Below, in pieces: positions 19,125 to 29,022 of a DNA stretch of 64,000 nt. Both the position numbers and the translations under genes were made by a program. The DNA is from Dehalococcoidia bacterium (GTDB lineage: Bacteria; Chloroflexota; Dehalococcoidia; SM23-28-2; RBG-16-64-32). The notes under the pieces were generated by a model. The model saw only the letters and a program-made list of their open reading frames with translations, did not search any database and was not told where the DNA came from. The DNA is taken from the NCBI GenBank assembly GCA_034432935.1, contig DAOUBD010000028.1:1816-65815 (forward strand), written 5' to 3'. Position 1 is the first letter of the stretch, and each line of letters opens with the position of its first letter.

Positions 19125-19916
19125 CTAGATCAGCTTCGCCTCCCGCAGGCGCAGCGCTAGCTTGTGCGCCTTCTCTTCAGGCGTATCGCCATCGATCCAC
19201 TCGGTCTCCACCTTGGTTTCCGGAATGAAGAGGGCTTCCAGCTTGACGCGGTTGGCCGGCGCAGCGATGCCCAGGTCGCCCAGGCCCCAGGTCTTGACCT
19301 CTTTCTTGGCGGCCATCATGATCTGGCGCAACTGCGGGTAGCGAGGTTCGCCGAGCTCGTTGCTCACGGTCACCACCGCCGGGGTGGGAGCCTCCACGGT
19401 CTCCGAACCGTCGGAGAGCACCCTCTCGACCACCACCTTGCCACCCTCGTAGCGCACATCCTTGGCGATGGTCAGCACCGGGATGCCGAGGATCTCAGCG
19501 ATGGTGGAGCCCACGACGCCCATGTCCCAGTCCACCGCCTGACGGCCGGCGATCACCAGGTCGAAGGGCGCCAGCTTGCGGATGGCCGCCGCCAGCACCT
19601 CGGCCGTGGCCCAGTGGTCGGCCTCGGCCAGGGCAGGGTCGTTGACGTGGACTCCCTCGTCGGCGCCCATGGCTAGGCAGTGCTTGATGGTGTCCCGGGA
19701 GGAGTCGGGGCCCATGCTGACGACAGTGATAGTGGTGTCTGGGACTTTGTCCTTTATGCGCAGCGCAGCCTCGACGCCGATGACGTCGAACTGGCTGGGC
19801 ACCGGCTGGATGCCTGGCACCGGCAGGACCTTCTTGGCTGCCTCGTCGACCTTGAACTGGGAGGCCGGCGTCTCAGGGTCTGGTACCTGCTTGGCCAGGC
19901 AGATGATGTGGGGCAT
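19125..19916 (-). CDS. etfB: Electron transfer flavoprotein beta subunit
   Basis: 'IICLAKQVPD' N-terminus and 'VVSMGP' typical of EtfB; located upstream of etfA. Confidence 0.85.
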   Translation of the reverse strand: MPHIICLAKQVPDPETPASQFKVDEAAKKVLPVPGIQPVPSQFDVIGVEAALRIKDKVPDTTITVVSMGPDSSRDTIKHCLAMGADEGVHVNDPALAEADHWATAEVLAAAIRKLAPFDLVIAGRQAVDWDMGVVGSTIAEILGIPVLTIAKDVRYEGGKVVVERVLSDGSETVEAPTPAVVTVSNELGEPRYPQLRQIMMAAKKEVKTWGLGDLGIAAPANRVKLEALFIPETKVETEWIDGDTPEEKAHKLALRLREAKLI

Positions 19917-19979
19917 AGCACAGTCCTCCTAGCGGCCCCGGCAGGCACCATCAGGCCTCCGGGGCGTGACGGAAATGTA

Positions 19980-19994
19980 TGTGAAATTTGTCAC
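19980..19994. promoter_or_regulatory. CRP/FNR-type palindrome TGTGA-N6-TCAC(C) in the AT-rich etfBA upstream region
   Basis: 'TGTGAAATTTGTCAC' lies ~65-80 bp upstream of the etfB start, inside an unusually AT-rich stretch for this genome. Confidence 0.3.
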
Positions 19995-20078
19995 CTGCAC
20001 AAGTATAGCACCCGAAGGGTTCGGCGCAAGTTGCGCATTATTCCGGAATCGCCCGTCCGATATCCCTCCTGCGCGCGG

Positions 20079-21584
20079 CTACAGCGTCGACCCGATCCCC
20101 GGGCAGGAAGGGACGACCGGATTGGAGAGGCCGGCCGCGTAGCGCAGGATGCGCAGGGCGTCCACGGCATCCACGGCGCCATCACAATTGACGTCCCCGT
20201 AGGCGAAGCCTAAGCCGGGGCGAACGTCGCCCGGATCGGGGCAAGAGGGCACGGTGAAGGGCAGGCCTGCCACGTGCCGCAGGACGAACAGGGCGTCCAC
20301 CGCATCAACGGCTTTGTCGCAGTTGACGTCGCCTTGCAGGCCTTGGGGCGGCGGCACGAAAGACTGCGCCTCGAAGGCCCCGATATCGCACCGGGGCGTG
20401 CCATCGCCATCGCCGTCCCGGGGCCGGGGCAGGCCCCGCTGGTCTACGGCGGGACATTGCGCGTCGTCGCCGCTGTCGAGGGCCGGGCTGCCCGGCAGGA
20501 GGGCATGGGTCGGCGTTGGGCCTCCGTTGTCGGCAAGGGGGCCCAGAACGTTCCCGGCGTTAGCGATATCGCCCGGGCCGGATAGTTGACAGGAGCCATC
20601 GCTGTCCAGGTTGTGCCCCAGGGAGACGGCTGGCGTGCCATCACAGTCTTCAGGGGAGTTGTCGGCGATGATAATGTTCACAACGTTGAGACTGGCGCTG
20701 CACGTATCACACACGAAGTTCAAGATTCCGCCGCCGCGTTCGGCGCTATTGCCAACGATGGTCACGTTAGTTAGGGTGACGTCGCCGTTTACGTTATCAA
20801 GGCCTGCGCCCAAGCGGGCGGTATTGCCGCTGATGGTGCTGTTGGTAATCGAGAGGGCGTTGCCCGTCACGGAGATGCCACCGCCGCTGCGCGATCCGCC
20901 GCTCTCTGACGTGACCTTGTTGCCGCTGATGGTGCTCTCTTCTATCGTGACATCCCCGTAGTTCGAGCGGATGCCGCCGCCCTCTGGGTTGGTGCCAGAC
21001 GGGTTGTCCACCGTCTGGTTACTGGCTACGACGGCGCGCCGCAGGTGCAACGTTCCAAAGTTGTAGATGCCGCCGCCGGCGTTGGCTACGTTGCCTATGA
21101 CGGAGATGTCCTCAAGGGTGAGCGTCCCATTGTTGTAGATGCCGCCGCCCAGTCCCGTGGTAGCGCCGTTGGCGATCGTTACACCCTGGATGACGACTAC
21201 ACCATCCGCCGTGAGGACGCGGTCGATGCCGGCGGCATCGATGATGGTGGCGCCGGGGCCAGCGCCGGTAATGGTCAGGTCCTCCCCGATGTTGAGGTCG
21301 CCGGTCGCGTCGAAGTATTCATCGGCGCCCGGTATGGTGAGGGTGTAGGTGCCGGCTGGCAGGGTGATGTCATCGGCGCCCGGGAGCGCGTTGGCCTCCA
21401 TGATGGCGGCGCGCAGGGTGCACTGGCCGCCGGCGCTGGCGCAGACGCCATCGCCAGGATTGGCATCGATGGCATCGGCCGTGGAGTTGACGGTAAAGCC
21501 AGCGCCAGCGGCAGGCTGTGGTCCCGGGAATGCCAAGGCCGCCGCCAGCAGGAGAACGACGGTGACGATAACATGTACGTACAT
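20079..21584 (-). CDS. Secreted right-handed parallel beta-helix protein with two C-terminal Cys-containing dockerin-like repeats
   Basis: Signal peptide. Repeated 'GGGIYN/NxGGGI' beta-helix turns. 'DVNCDKAVDAVDALFVLRHVAGL…SCP' and 'DVNCDGAVDAVDALRILRYAAGL…SCP'. Confidence 0.6.
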   Translation of the reverse strand: MYVHVIVTVVLLLAAALAFPGPQPAAGAGFTVNSTADAIDANPGDGVCASAGGQCTLRAAIMEANALPGADDITLPAGTYTLTIPGADEYFDATGDLNIGEDLTITGAGPGATIIDAAGIDRVLTADGVVVIQGVTIANGATTGLGGGIYNNGTLTLEDISVIGNVANAGGGIYNFGTLHLRRAVVASNQTVDNPSGTNPEGGGIRSNYGDVTIEESTISGNKVTSESGGSRSGGGISVTGNALSITNSTISGNTARLGAGLDNVNGDVTLTNVTIVGNSAERGGGILNFVCDTCSASLNVVNIIIADNSPEDCDGTPAVSLGHNLDSDGSCQLSGPGDIANAGNVLGPLADNGGPTPTHALLPGSPALDSGDDAQCPAVDQRGLPRPRDGDGDGTPRCDIGAFEAQSFVPPPQGLQGDVNCDKAVDAVDALFVLRHVAGLPFTVPSCPDPGDVRPGLGFAYGDVNCDGAVDAVDALRILRYAAGLSNPVVPSCPGIGSTL

Positions 21585-21601
21585 TGCGAGCCTCCTTCAC
21601 T

Positions 21602-24298
21602 CTACGGCGAGCTCTGCCAAACGCCCCCGCCGAGTGGCCAGCGCAGCGTCGCTATCTCGTTGCTCCGCAGCGGGAGGGATACCTCGCCGCCTGCCGCCCT
21701 TAGCGGCGACGGATCCTCCTCGTTCAGGTTCACCCGCTGTGGCTCCCCCGCCGCCAGCGGGAAACGTATGCTCGCCTGCACCGGGCGGTCCAGGATGTTG
21801 TAGACCCGCAGCACCACCCCCTCCGCATCCTCCGACAACTTCAGGGCCGAGGGTACGACGCCGGCCGGCCCTAGTTCCATCAGAGTGTCTTCTAGTGGCA
21901 GCCGCCCGGCGCCCCTGGTGGTGCGCACGGCTCGTAGCGGCCGGAGAAAGCGGTGGGCCTCGGCGTAGGCCTGCTCCCAGCCGCCCTGGTGCGGGATGAT
22001 GCAGTAGTGGAAGCGCCAGCGCCCCTTCATCTGGGCGCCGGGGGTCATGGGCGCCGGGCCGGCGTGACCCTTGCGCTCGTCCAGGTCGCCACGGGAAAGC
22101 CAGCCGACGCAGCGGAGAAGGGTCAAGGCGATGGTGACGCCGCCGTCATCTTCCGCCATCGCCTCGTATTCGGGCAGGCCGCGGTTCGCCAGCATGAAGC
22201 CGCGCTCGCCATCGCTGATGTCGACGAAGGCCTTTTGGGGGTGAAAGCCGACTGGGGCTTCCAGCCAAGACCAATCGGGCTCCGGCACCGCGAGGGGCCG
22301 CTGTACGACGCCGAAGTGCTGCTCGGCCCACGAGCGGTCGCAGGCGATGCCAGTGGGAAAGTGGACCCGCAGGCGGTGGTCTTCCGCCTGGTTATCCACC
22401 TCGGTCTCGATCTCCACTCGGGGCACGCCGGGATAGAGGCTGATGCGACTGGTGATCTCGCAGCCCACCCGCTGGGGAGAGCGGCCGTGCCGGTCCGGGG
22501 TTAGGCGGGCGGGCAGAGCGTAGGTCTGGCGCACCTCCAGCGTCCAGCGGGCGGGGCCATTCTCCAGCACGCGAATGGAGGCGGGCTGGGCCGGCCGGCC
22601 GATGATCTCGTCGCGCCGGGGCCGAGAGTAGGTGTACTCATCGCCGCGGTCGCCGCCGTCGACAAACCGGTTCAGGCCCCCGTAGGTCAACCCGGAGGCC
22701 TTGTCCTCCACCGTAACCGCGCCCGTGGACGGATCGGCGGTCACCCGGAAGTATTCGTTCTCTATCTCCGGCGGTCCGGCCGTCTGGGGGCGCGGCGCTG
22801 CCCCCTGGGCGGCCGCTCCCGCTTCGCCGTACTCCACGCGATACGCCCGGTACCCCAGGCCGGGCAGGTCAGAGGCTACGAAACCGGCCATAACGCGCTC
22901 GCGGGGGTCCAAAGGCGAATGGATGTTGCGCCTGACGATCTGAAGGGGCAGGGCGCGGCCGCCCGGGTCTACCAGGCGGGCGGGCAGCCGGCCTTGATCC
23001 ACCGGCAGGCGCACCGTACAAAAGTCGCAACGGGGGCCCGGCTCCGGGTTGAAGACCACTACGCAGCCCTCGCCCGGCGGCGACGCCAGTTCGGCGATGC
23101 GGTGGAGGGCCTCGTTCAGCACCGCCTCGGCGGCCTGCTGGCAGCGCTGGAAACGCAGGCGCACGTCGTCGTACACAGCGTCTACTGAGCAGCCAGTCAC
23201 CGAGTCGTGGGGGCCGTTCTGGAGGAGCATCCGCCAGGCCTGGCGCAGGAGTCCCGCGTCAGATCGCAGCCTCTCCTTCTCCGCCGCCGGATCGGCGCCT
23301 AGGCGCCGCTCGATCAAGGCTCGCCAGGCCGCCGCCGGTTCGGCGTAGCGGGCCAGCAGGTCTTCGCATTCCTGGTACCTCTGTTTCAACCACATGCGGG
23401 TGGAGAGCACCCCAGGCAAGATGTTGGACCGCTTGCTGTTGCGAAACTCTCCGGCCAGGCGCGGCAGGCGGTTGATATCCTCCCCCAGCTCTCGCCGGAT
23501 GGCGGCTGCCAGTTGGGGATAGTTGCCATGGATCATCTCGGCGTCCTCTAGCATCGCGTTCGCCGCCCGGATGACGCGGGAGAGCCCCGTGTGGGCCGGC
23601 AGGTGGTCCGTGCCGTTGGGCACCAGGACGTAGCGGGTGGTGGCCAGAGGCTCCAACAGGCGCCGGACGTTGTTCAGGGCTGCCCGAAGCTGCTCCGGCT
23701 CTTCAGGCATTACGGGCAGCATGCCGTATCCGAAGGGGAAGTGCAGCACGAGAACCTCCGAGCCATCCGGGGCGGCCCAGCGGAACTCCGAGGTGGTGGC
23801 CTCCGGTCCAACCCCCCGCCAGATAAGGGCGGTGTCTATGCCGAAGCCTCGCAAGATGGCCGGCAGGTGGGCGATGTGCCCGAAGGCGTCCGGAGCGTAC
23901 CCCACCATCATGGCCCCGCCGTACTCCCGGGCCGAGCGGATGCCGGTCATCAGGTTGCGGATGTGGGCCTCGCCGCCGATGAGGAACTCGTCGGGCAGGA
24001 CGTAGTTGGGCCCGATGAGCAGGCGTCCCTCCCGCACCAGGCGTTCGATCTCCGGCCGGCGGTCGGGCCGCACCTCCAGGTAATCGTCCAGGGGGACGGT
24101 CTGCCCGTCCAGTACGAAGTAGCGGAACTCAGGGTCGCGGGCGAACAGGTCCAAGAGCGCGTCCATCATGCGCACGAGCCGCACCCGAAACTCCTCGAAG
24201 GGCTGGTACCACTCCCGGTCCCAGTGGGTGTGGGAGACGACCACCAGAACGCGGCGCACGCCGGCCTCGGCCGCCTGGGACCTCTGCGGTCCGCTCAT
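21602..24298 (-). CDS. Glycoside hydrolase family 38 alpha-mannosidase
   Basis: N-terminal 'VVSHTHWDREW' GH38 catalytic motif; 898-aa GH38 architecture. Confidence 0.85.
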   Translation of the reverse strand: MSGPQRSQAAEAGVRRVLVVVSHTHWDREWYQPFEEFRVRLVRMMDALLDLFARDPEFRYFVLDGQTVPLDDYLEVRPDRRPEIERLVREGRLLIGPNYVLPDEFLIGGEAHIRNLMTGIRSAREYGGAMMVGYAPDAFGHIAHLPAILRGFGIDTALIWRGVGPEATTSEFRWAAPDGSEVLVLHFPFGYGMLPVMPEEPEQLRAALNNVRRLLEPLATTRYVLVPNGTDHLPAHTGLSRVIRAANAMLEDAEMIHGNYPQLAAAIRRELGEDINRLPRLAGEFRNSKRSNILPGVLSTRMWLKQRYQECEDLLARYAEPAAAWRALIERRLGADPAAEKERLRSDAGLLRQAWRMLLQNGPHDSVTGCSVDAVYDDVRLRFQRCQQAAEAVLNEALHRIAELASPPGEGCVVVFNPEPGPRCDFCTVRLPVDQGRLPARLVDPGGRALPLQIVRRNIHSPLDPRERVMAGFVASDLPGLGYRAYRVEYGEAGAAAQGAAPRPQTAGPPEIENEYFRVTADPSTGAVTVEDKASGLTYGGLNRFVDGGDRGDEYTYSRPRRDEIIGRPAQPASIRVLENGPARWTLEVRQTYALPARLTPDRHGRSPQRVGCEITSRISLYPGVPRVEIETEVDNQAEDHRLRVHFPTGIACDRSWAEQHFGVVQRPLAVPEPDWSWLEAPVGFHPQKAFVDISDGERGFMLANRGLPEYEAMAEDDGGVTIALTLLRCVGWLSRGDLDERKGHAGPAPMTPGAQMKGRWRFHYCIIPHQGGWEQAYAEAHRFLRPLRAVRTTRGAGRLPLEDTLMELGPAGVVPSALKLSEDAEGVVLRVYNILDRPVQASIRFPLAAGEPQRVNLNEEDPSPLRAAGGEVSLPLRSNEIATLRWPLGGGVWQSSP

Positions 24299-25734
24299 GG
24301 CCGCGCCGGCTGAAGCCAGATGGGGTTCGTCATGGCCCAGACCACCTCGCCGCGGACGGCGTTGCCCCGGTACCCCCGCAGCTCCGCCCGAACGTAGCGA
24401 TGGCCCTCGGGGTCCAGAGAGAAGCTGAACACGATGTCGTCCCGGTCAAGGGGGATGATGTCCAGGGGGTGCCCGTCACAGAGGAGCCAGAGGCGCCGGT
24501 CCTGCCCGCCCCGGACGTGGACACGGAACTGGACGCGCCTTCCTTCGGGCACCGCCACGGTATCGCCCATCATCTTCTCGAAGCGGCCGTCACCGTCCGC
24601 GTCCGCCTCCAGCGCCAGCACCGCCCCGTCCGGGGCATCGCTGATGAACACATGGCCGCGCCGTATGCCATCCAGGATGGACGCCTCGCTGGGGCCGCCC
24701 TCGGCCCAGACCCAGGTGGTGGGGTTGCCGAGCCCGTGAGGGTGCCGCGGCCGCGCCGGCGGCACCGAATGGGTGTCCGACCCTCCGACCGCCACGACCC
24801 GCTGTCCGCGCCGCAACAGGGCGTCCCAGCGTTCCAGCGACTCCCAGTTGTAGAAGCGCCAGGGGGCCTGCCAGACCTCCATGCACGGATACCCATCCCA
24901 ACCCCGGAAGAACCAAGGCGGGCCCACGCTCTTGGGGTGGTTCACAGAGATGAGGCCGCTCTTGCGCAGCACGTATTCCCGCACCGCCCGCATGGCGTCA
25001 TCATCGGCGCAGCGGAACTCCACCCACTCCCGCAGCCCCCAGACGTTGGCGTGCCCGAAGTACGTTGTGACCTCTTCTCCCGGGATGAGGACGATGGGCA
25101 GGCCGGATAGCGCCTCCACCTCCTCGTGGTGCGTGACGGTGTTATGATCCGTGATAGCCAAGAAGTCCAGGCCCAACGCCATGGCGGCGCGGGCCAGCTC
25201 TTCAACCGTGTTCTCGCCGTCGGAGTGCACCGTGTGGGAGTGGAGGTCTCCCTTCACCCAGCGGCTGCGGCCGTCCGCCTTCCGCGCCGGCCGGCTCCCA
25301 GCGGTCCGCGTACCCGGGGCGTTGGCATCGGGGCCTTCCGCCACCTCCAGGCGCACCGTCACCTCGTAACGCGCCCCCTCTGGTTCGATGCGATCCACCC
25401 CCAGCATCACGTGCCACTGGCCCGGGAAGAGGGGGCCACGGATGTACCCTGGGGTGGCCTCATGCGGCGCGATGAAGAACTCCGGTTTGGAAGACCCGCT
25501 CCAACCCCTGAAGCCGGGAGCGTCCAGAAACCCGTGGCCGCGGGAGTCGAAGAGGCCGATGTCTACGGTGTTCCCCGGCCCTAGGCCGAAGGGCGCCCTC
25601 ACCGGATCGGAGTAGGAGTAGGAGACGTGGAGCCGACGCGTCCGCTCAGGAACGGGGAAGGGCAAGTAGAGGAATGGGCTGCGCCGCACGTCCTCAGGCC
25701 TGATGTGGCCTTCCATGCGCACAATGCGCTCCAA
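24295..25734 (-). CDS. PHP-domain metallohydrolase (CehA/McbA family) with N-terminal extension
   Basis: 'GDLHSHTVHSDG' and 'LAITDHN' PHP motifs; 4-nt overlap with the downstream GH38 gene. Confidence 0.6.
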   Translation of the reverse strand: MERIVRMEGHIRPEDVRRSPFLYLPFPVPERTRRLHVSYSYSDPVRAPFGLGPGNTVDIGLFDSRGHGFLDAPGFRGWSGSSKPEFFIAPHEATPGYIRGPLFPGQWHVMLGVDRIEPEGARYEVTVRLEVAEGPDANAPGTRTAGSRPARKADGRSRWVKGDLHSHTVHSDGENTVEELARAAMALGLDFLAITDHNTVTHHEEVEALSGLPIVLIPGEEVTTYFGHANVWGLREWVEFRCADDDAMRAVREYVLRKSGLISVNHPKSVGPPWFFRGWDGYPCMEVWQAPWRFYNWESLERWDALLRRGQRVVAVGGSDTHSVPPARPRHPHGLGNPTTWVWAEGGPSEASILDGIRRGHVFISDAPDGAVLALEADADGDGRFEKMMGDTVAVPEGRRVQFRVHVRGGQDRRLWLLCDGHPLDIIPLDRDDIVFSFSLDPEGHRYVRAELRGYRGNAVRGEVVWAMTNPIWLQPARP

Positions 25735-25821
25735 GGGTCAGCCTCCTTGCGCACCGCGAGGGAACGATTCGTGGCGCCAGTGTAGCACAGGCCCACGGGC
25801 AGCCGGTAGGCAGGCCGGCGG

Positions 25822-26676
25822 CTAGACGGCGGACAGGCGCCGCACCAGGAGGCAGGGCACGCGCCCATGCTGGGCGACGGGATAGGCCACGCTGCCCAGC
25901 ACCCGGCTCAGGCTGCCGTTGCCCCGGGTGGCCATGGCGATGAGACCCGCGCCACAACCGTCCGCCAGCCGCACGATCCCCTCGAAGGGCTCCCCGGTGG
26001 TCACCATGGTCTCCGCCTTTACACCGGCTCCCTGCGCCTCGAGGGCCGCCCGTGCCAGGAACGCCCGCGCCTCCTCCAGGCAACCATCCAGCGCCCGGGC
26101 CACGCCCGGCGGCGCCTCCCTCGGGTCGCTATAGATGCCGATGGGCCTCACGACGTGGCACAACACAACCGAGCCACCCACCGCACCCGCCAGCTCCAGG
26201 GCCGCCGGGAGCGCGTGACGGGATTCCGGAGTCGCATCCAGGGGTACGAGAATCTTGCTTACCTCCCGCCACGGCCGGCTGCCGCTTGCGGCCCCTCTCA
26301 CCACCACGACGGGCCGGGGCGCGTGGCGAAGGACCATGTCCAGAGCCTGGCCGAACAGCCAGCGGCTGGTCCCGTAGGTCATCACCGTCAGCTCCGCCCC
26401 AGCAGCCGTGGCCACGATCACCTCTGCCGCGACCCCAGAGGCCACCTCGACACTCACCTTGAGCCCCTCCGACTCGATGTTTGTCTGGTGGCGTTTGAGA
26501 TAACGCTGGGCCGGGCCAGAGCCATCCGGGCGGCCCCCCTCCAGCACCGTCAAGAGGTGAAGGGACGCGCCGCAGCGGGCCGCGAGATGCTTGGCCCAGG
26601 CGAGCCCTGCCTCGGCAGCCGGGGTGCCATCCAATGGCGCGAGGATCTTCCTAGACATACGTGCCCCCAAGGGCAA
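25822..26676 (-). CDS. Tandem universal stress protein (UspA x2)
   Basis: Two Usp modules, each with an 'ILVPxDGSxxS' start and a C-terminal 'GSVxxxVxxHAxxPVLVV' ATP-binding motif. Confidence 0.75.
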   Translation of the reverse strand: MPLGARMSRKILAPLDGTPAAEAGLAWAKHLAARCGASLHLLTVLEGGRPDGSGPAQRYLKRHQTNIESEGLKVSVEVASGVAAEVIVATAAGAELTVMTYGTSRWLFGQALDMVLRHAPRPVVVVRGAASGSRPWREVSKILVPLDATPESRHALPAALELAGAVGGSVVLCHVVRPIGIYSDPREAPPGVARALDGCLEEARAFLARAALEAQGAGVKAETMVTTGEPFEGIVRLADGCGAGLIAMATRGNGSLSRVLGSVAYPVAQHGRVPCLLVRRLSAV

Positions 26677-26680
26677 GACG

Positions 26681-26695
26681 TTAACAACCGGTTAA
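26681..26695. promoter_or_regulatory. AT-rich near-palindrome TTAACAACCGGTTAA between divergent usp and nagA
   Basis: Imperfect inverted repeat centred on ACCGGT in a divergent promoter region. Confidence 0.2.
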
Positions 26696-26744
26696 GAGTT
26701 ACAAGGGCCGAGCCAGGGCAGCGGGTGTATGATGCCAACAGACC

Positions 26745-27899
26745 ATGAGCACGCTGCTGCGCAACGCCCACATCGTTACCCCGGATGAGGAGATACCTTC
26801 GGGCTCCGTCCTCATAGAGGGCCAGAAGATAGCGGGCGTAGGCGCCGACCTGGCGCCCCCGGACGGCGCGCAGACCCTCGATCTCGGAGGGCTGACCCTG
26901 GCGCCCGGGTTCGTCGACCTGCATGTGCACGGCGGCGGCGGCTTCTCCCTCATGACCCCCGATCCAAGCGAGGCGCAGGGCTACAGCGCCTGGGTTCCGG
27001 CCACCGGCGCCACCTCGTTCCTGGCCACCATCTGCGCTTCCACACTGGAAGAGGGCCTGCGTTTCATCCGGGCCGCCGTGAAGGCCGCAGGAAACCCGCC
27101 GGGCGCTAGCCTGCTGGGCATCAACCTGGAGGGCCCCTTTGTCAACTCCGCGCGCCGGGGGGCCCTGCCCCCATCGTGGCCGCTGCCCCCGGACCAGCGC
27201 GCCTTCGATGGCATAGCCCAGGCCGCCCAGGGCCGCCTGCTGGTGATGACGGTAGCCCCCGAGCTGGCGGGCGCCGATGCCCTCATCCGGGCGGCCGTGG
27301 CCCGCGGCGTACGTGTGTCCGTTGGCCACACGGACGCAGATTACGAGACCGCCCGTAGGGCGTACGATGCCGGGGCCTCCCAGGTCACCCACGCCTTCAA
27401 CGCCATGCGCCCTTTCCACCACCGCGAGCCCGGGCCGGTAGCGGCCGCGCTGGACTCGCCGGGGGTCATCCTGGAGGTCATCGCTGACGGCGAGCATCTG
27501 CACCCCTCGGTGGTGGGCCTCCTGGCGCGCGCCTTCGGCCCTGAACGCATCGCCCTGGTCACCGACGGCGTCGCCCCAGCGGGCCTGGCAGCCGGAGCCC
27601 TGCGCATCGGGATGGAAGTGGCCCAGCTCCGGGGCCGCCGCGTGGAGCTTCCGGACGGCACCCTGGCCGGCGGCGCTTCCACCATGGACGCCCTTGTGCG
27701 CAACGTCGTGCAGTGGGGCTGCGCCAGCCTTTCGGAGGCCGTTCGTATGGCCGCATCCACGCCGGCCGCCGCCCTAGGCCTGGACCGGCGCAAGGGCCGC
27801 ATCGCCCCCGGCTACGACGCCGACCTGGTGGCCCTGGACGCGCACCTGACGCCAGTGATGACCTGGGTGATGGGGCAGCTCGTTTTCTCGGCCCGCTGA
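26745..27899 (+). CDS. nagA: N-acetylglucosamine-6-phosphate deacetylase
   Basis: 'APGFVDLHVHGGGG' metal-binding motif and amidohydrolase fold. Confidence 0.85.
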   Translation: MSTLLRNAHIVTPDEEIPSGSVLIEGQKIAGVGADLAPPDGAQTLDLGGLTLAPGFVDLHVHGGGGFSLMTPDPSEAQGYSAWVPATGATSFLATICASTLEEGLRFIRAAVKAAGNPPGASLLGINLEGPFVNSARRGALPPSWPLPPDQRAFDGIAQAAQGRLLVMTVAPELAGADALIRAAVARGVRVSVGHTDADYETARRAYDAGASQVTHAFNAMRPFHHREPGPVAAALDSPGVILEVIADGEHLHPSVVGLLARAFGPERIALVTDGVAPAGLAAGALRIGMEVAQLRGRRVELPDGTLAGGASTMDALVRNVVQWGCASLSEAVRMAASTPAAALGLDRRKGRIAPGYDADLVALDAHLTPVMTWVMGQLVFSAR

Positions 27900-27989
27900 G
27901 AGGCTCTGCCTCTTCCGCTGTAACCGCTGAGGCCTGTGGGCGTCTTACCATTCAGGACTGCACTCTGAAGTCAGTCCGGCTTCGAGCTT

Positions 27990-28080
27990 CGACAAGGGCA
28001 AACCGTTCCGAAAGGGCGGGGCGCAAAGCCACGGGCCTAAACCCCGGCGCTAAACGGGGCAAGGCCGCCGGGCCGCCGAA
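27990..28080 (+). promoter_or_regulatory. c-di-GMP-I (GEMM) riboswitch-like leader
   Basis: 'GGGCAAACCGUUCCGAAAGGGCGGGGCGCAAAGCCACGGGCCUAAACC' aligns almost base-for-base with the Vc2 aptamer core 'GGGCAAACCAUUCGAAAGAGUGGGACGCAAAGCCUCCGGCCUAAACC'. It has a GNRA-capped P2 (CCGUUC-GAAA-GGGCGG) and a P3 hairpin (CCCCG…CGGGG), and sits 85 bp upstream of a GGDEF gene. Confidence 0.6.
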
Positions 28081-28164
28081 GGCGGATTGAAGCTAAACGC
28101 ATACCGGGACGCTGGCCCTTCGGAGCTGCAGCCGGAGAGACGCTACAGATAGACAGGTGGAAGC

Positions 28165-29022
28165 ATGCGAGCTCCGGGGCCCCACGGGCGAGAAACTATA
28201 GAGGAGGAGATCGAACGGGAAGAGCGCGCCGTTGGCCGCGTGGTCAAGGCTGGCGGCGGGGCCGTCACAATCACCACCCTGGCCGCCCTGGGTCTCCTGG
28301 TGATGAGCGCGGACCACGCCTGGCAGTACCTGACGCTGGCCATGCTCGGCGGAGTGCCCCTGCTGTATGCCTTCGGTACGACAGCCGTCACCCGCCGCAT
28401 GCAAAAGTCGCTCCTGGAGCGGTACCAGGATCAGATACGGAGGCGCTTGGCTGAGCTGGAGGAGACGGCCTCACGGGATGAACTAACAGGGCTGCGCAAC
28501 CGGCGCTATTTCTACCAGGTGCTGGCGGCAGAGATCGAGCGCTGCCAGAGCAGCAAGGAGCCGTTGGCCCTGATCATGATGGACATGGACAAGCTCAAGA
28601 ACATCAACGACGAGTACGGTCACCGGGTGGGCGATGCCGTCATCGCCGGCCTGGGCCGGGCCATCGCCACCCTCACCAGGGCCACCGACGTCGCGGCCCG
28701 GCTGGGGGGCGACGAGTTCGGCATCGTCATGCCGGGCACGGACAAGCGGGGCGCCTTCACCCTGGCCCAACGCCTCATGGACTACCTGGAGAGGACCCCC
28801 ATGTACGAAGAAGGCGCCACCCGCGTCATGGCCAGCGTCTCCATCGGCGTCTCCGGCTTCCCCTGGGGAGGCGAGTCCGTGGAGGAGCTGATCCAGTGGG
28901 CAGACGCCGATATGTACGCCAACAAAGTCTCGCGCCGCCTGCCCCCCGTTATGGCCAAGGCCGAGGAAGGCCGCGAGACCCGCCGTCTGCCCGACGCCGA
29001 CGACTTCATAACAGGGTTCTGA
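28165..29022 (+). CDS. Membrane-anchored GGDEF diguanylate cyclase
   Basis: TM N-terminus; 'RLGGDEFGIV' active site and I-site 'RxxD' context. Confidence 0.8.
   Translation: MRAPGPHGRETIEEEIEREERAVGRVVKAGGGAVTITTLAALGLLVMSADHAWQYLTLAMLGGVPLLYAFGTTAVTRRMQKSLLERYQDQIRRRLAELEETASRDELTGLRNRRYFYQVLAAEIERCQSSKEPLALIMMDMDKLKNINDEYGHRVGDAVIAGLGRAIATLTRATDVAARLGGDEFGIVMPGTDKRGAFTLAQRLMDYLERTPMYEEGATRVMASVSIGVSGFPWGGESVEELIQWADADMYANKVSRRLPPVMAKAEEGRETRRLPDADDFITGF

Noticed and set aside
28896-29021. 5' extension of the HD-GYP ORF overlapping the GGDEF gene
   Set aside because: It is out of frame with the GGDEF coding sequence and has no RBS. The ATG at 29022 overlapping the GGDEF stop is the parsimonious start.
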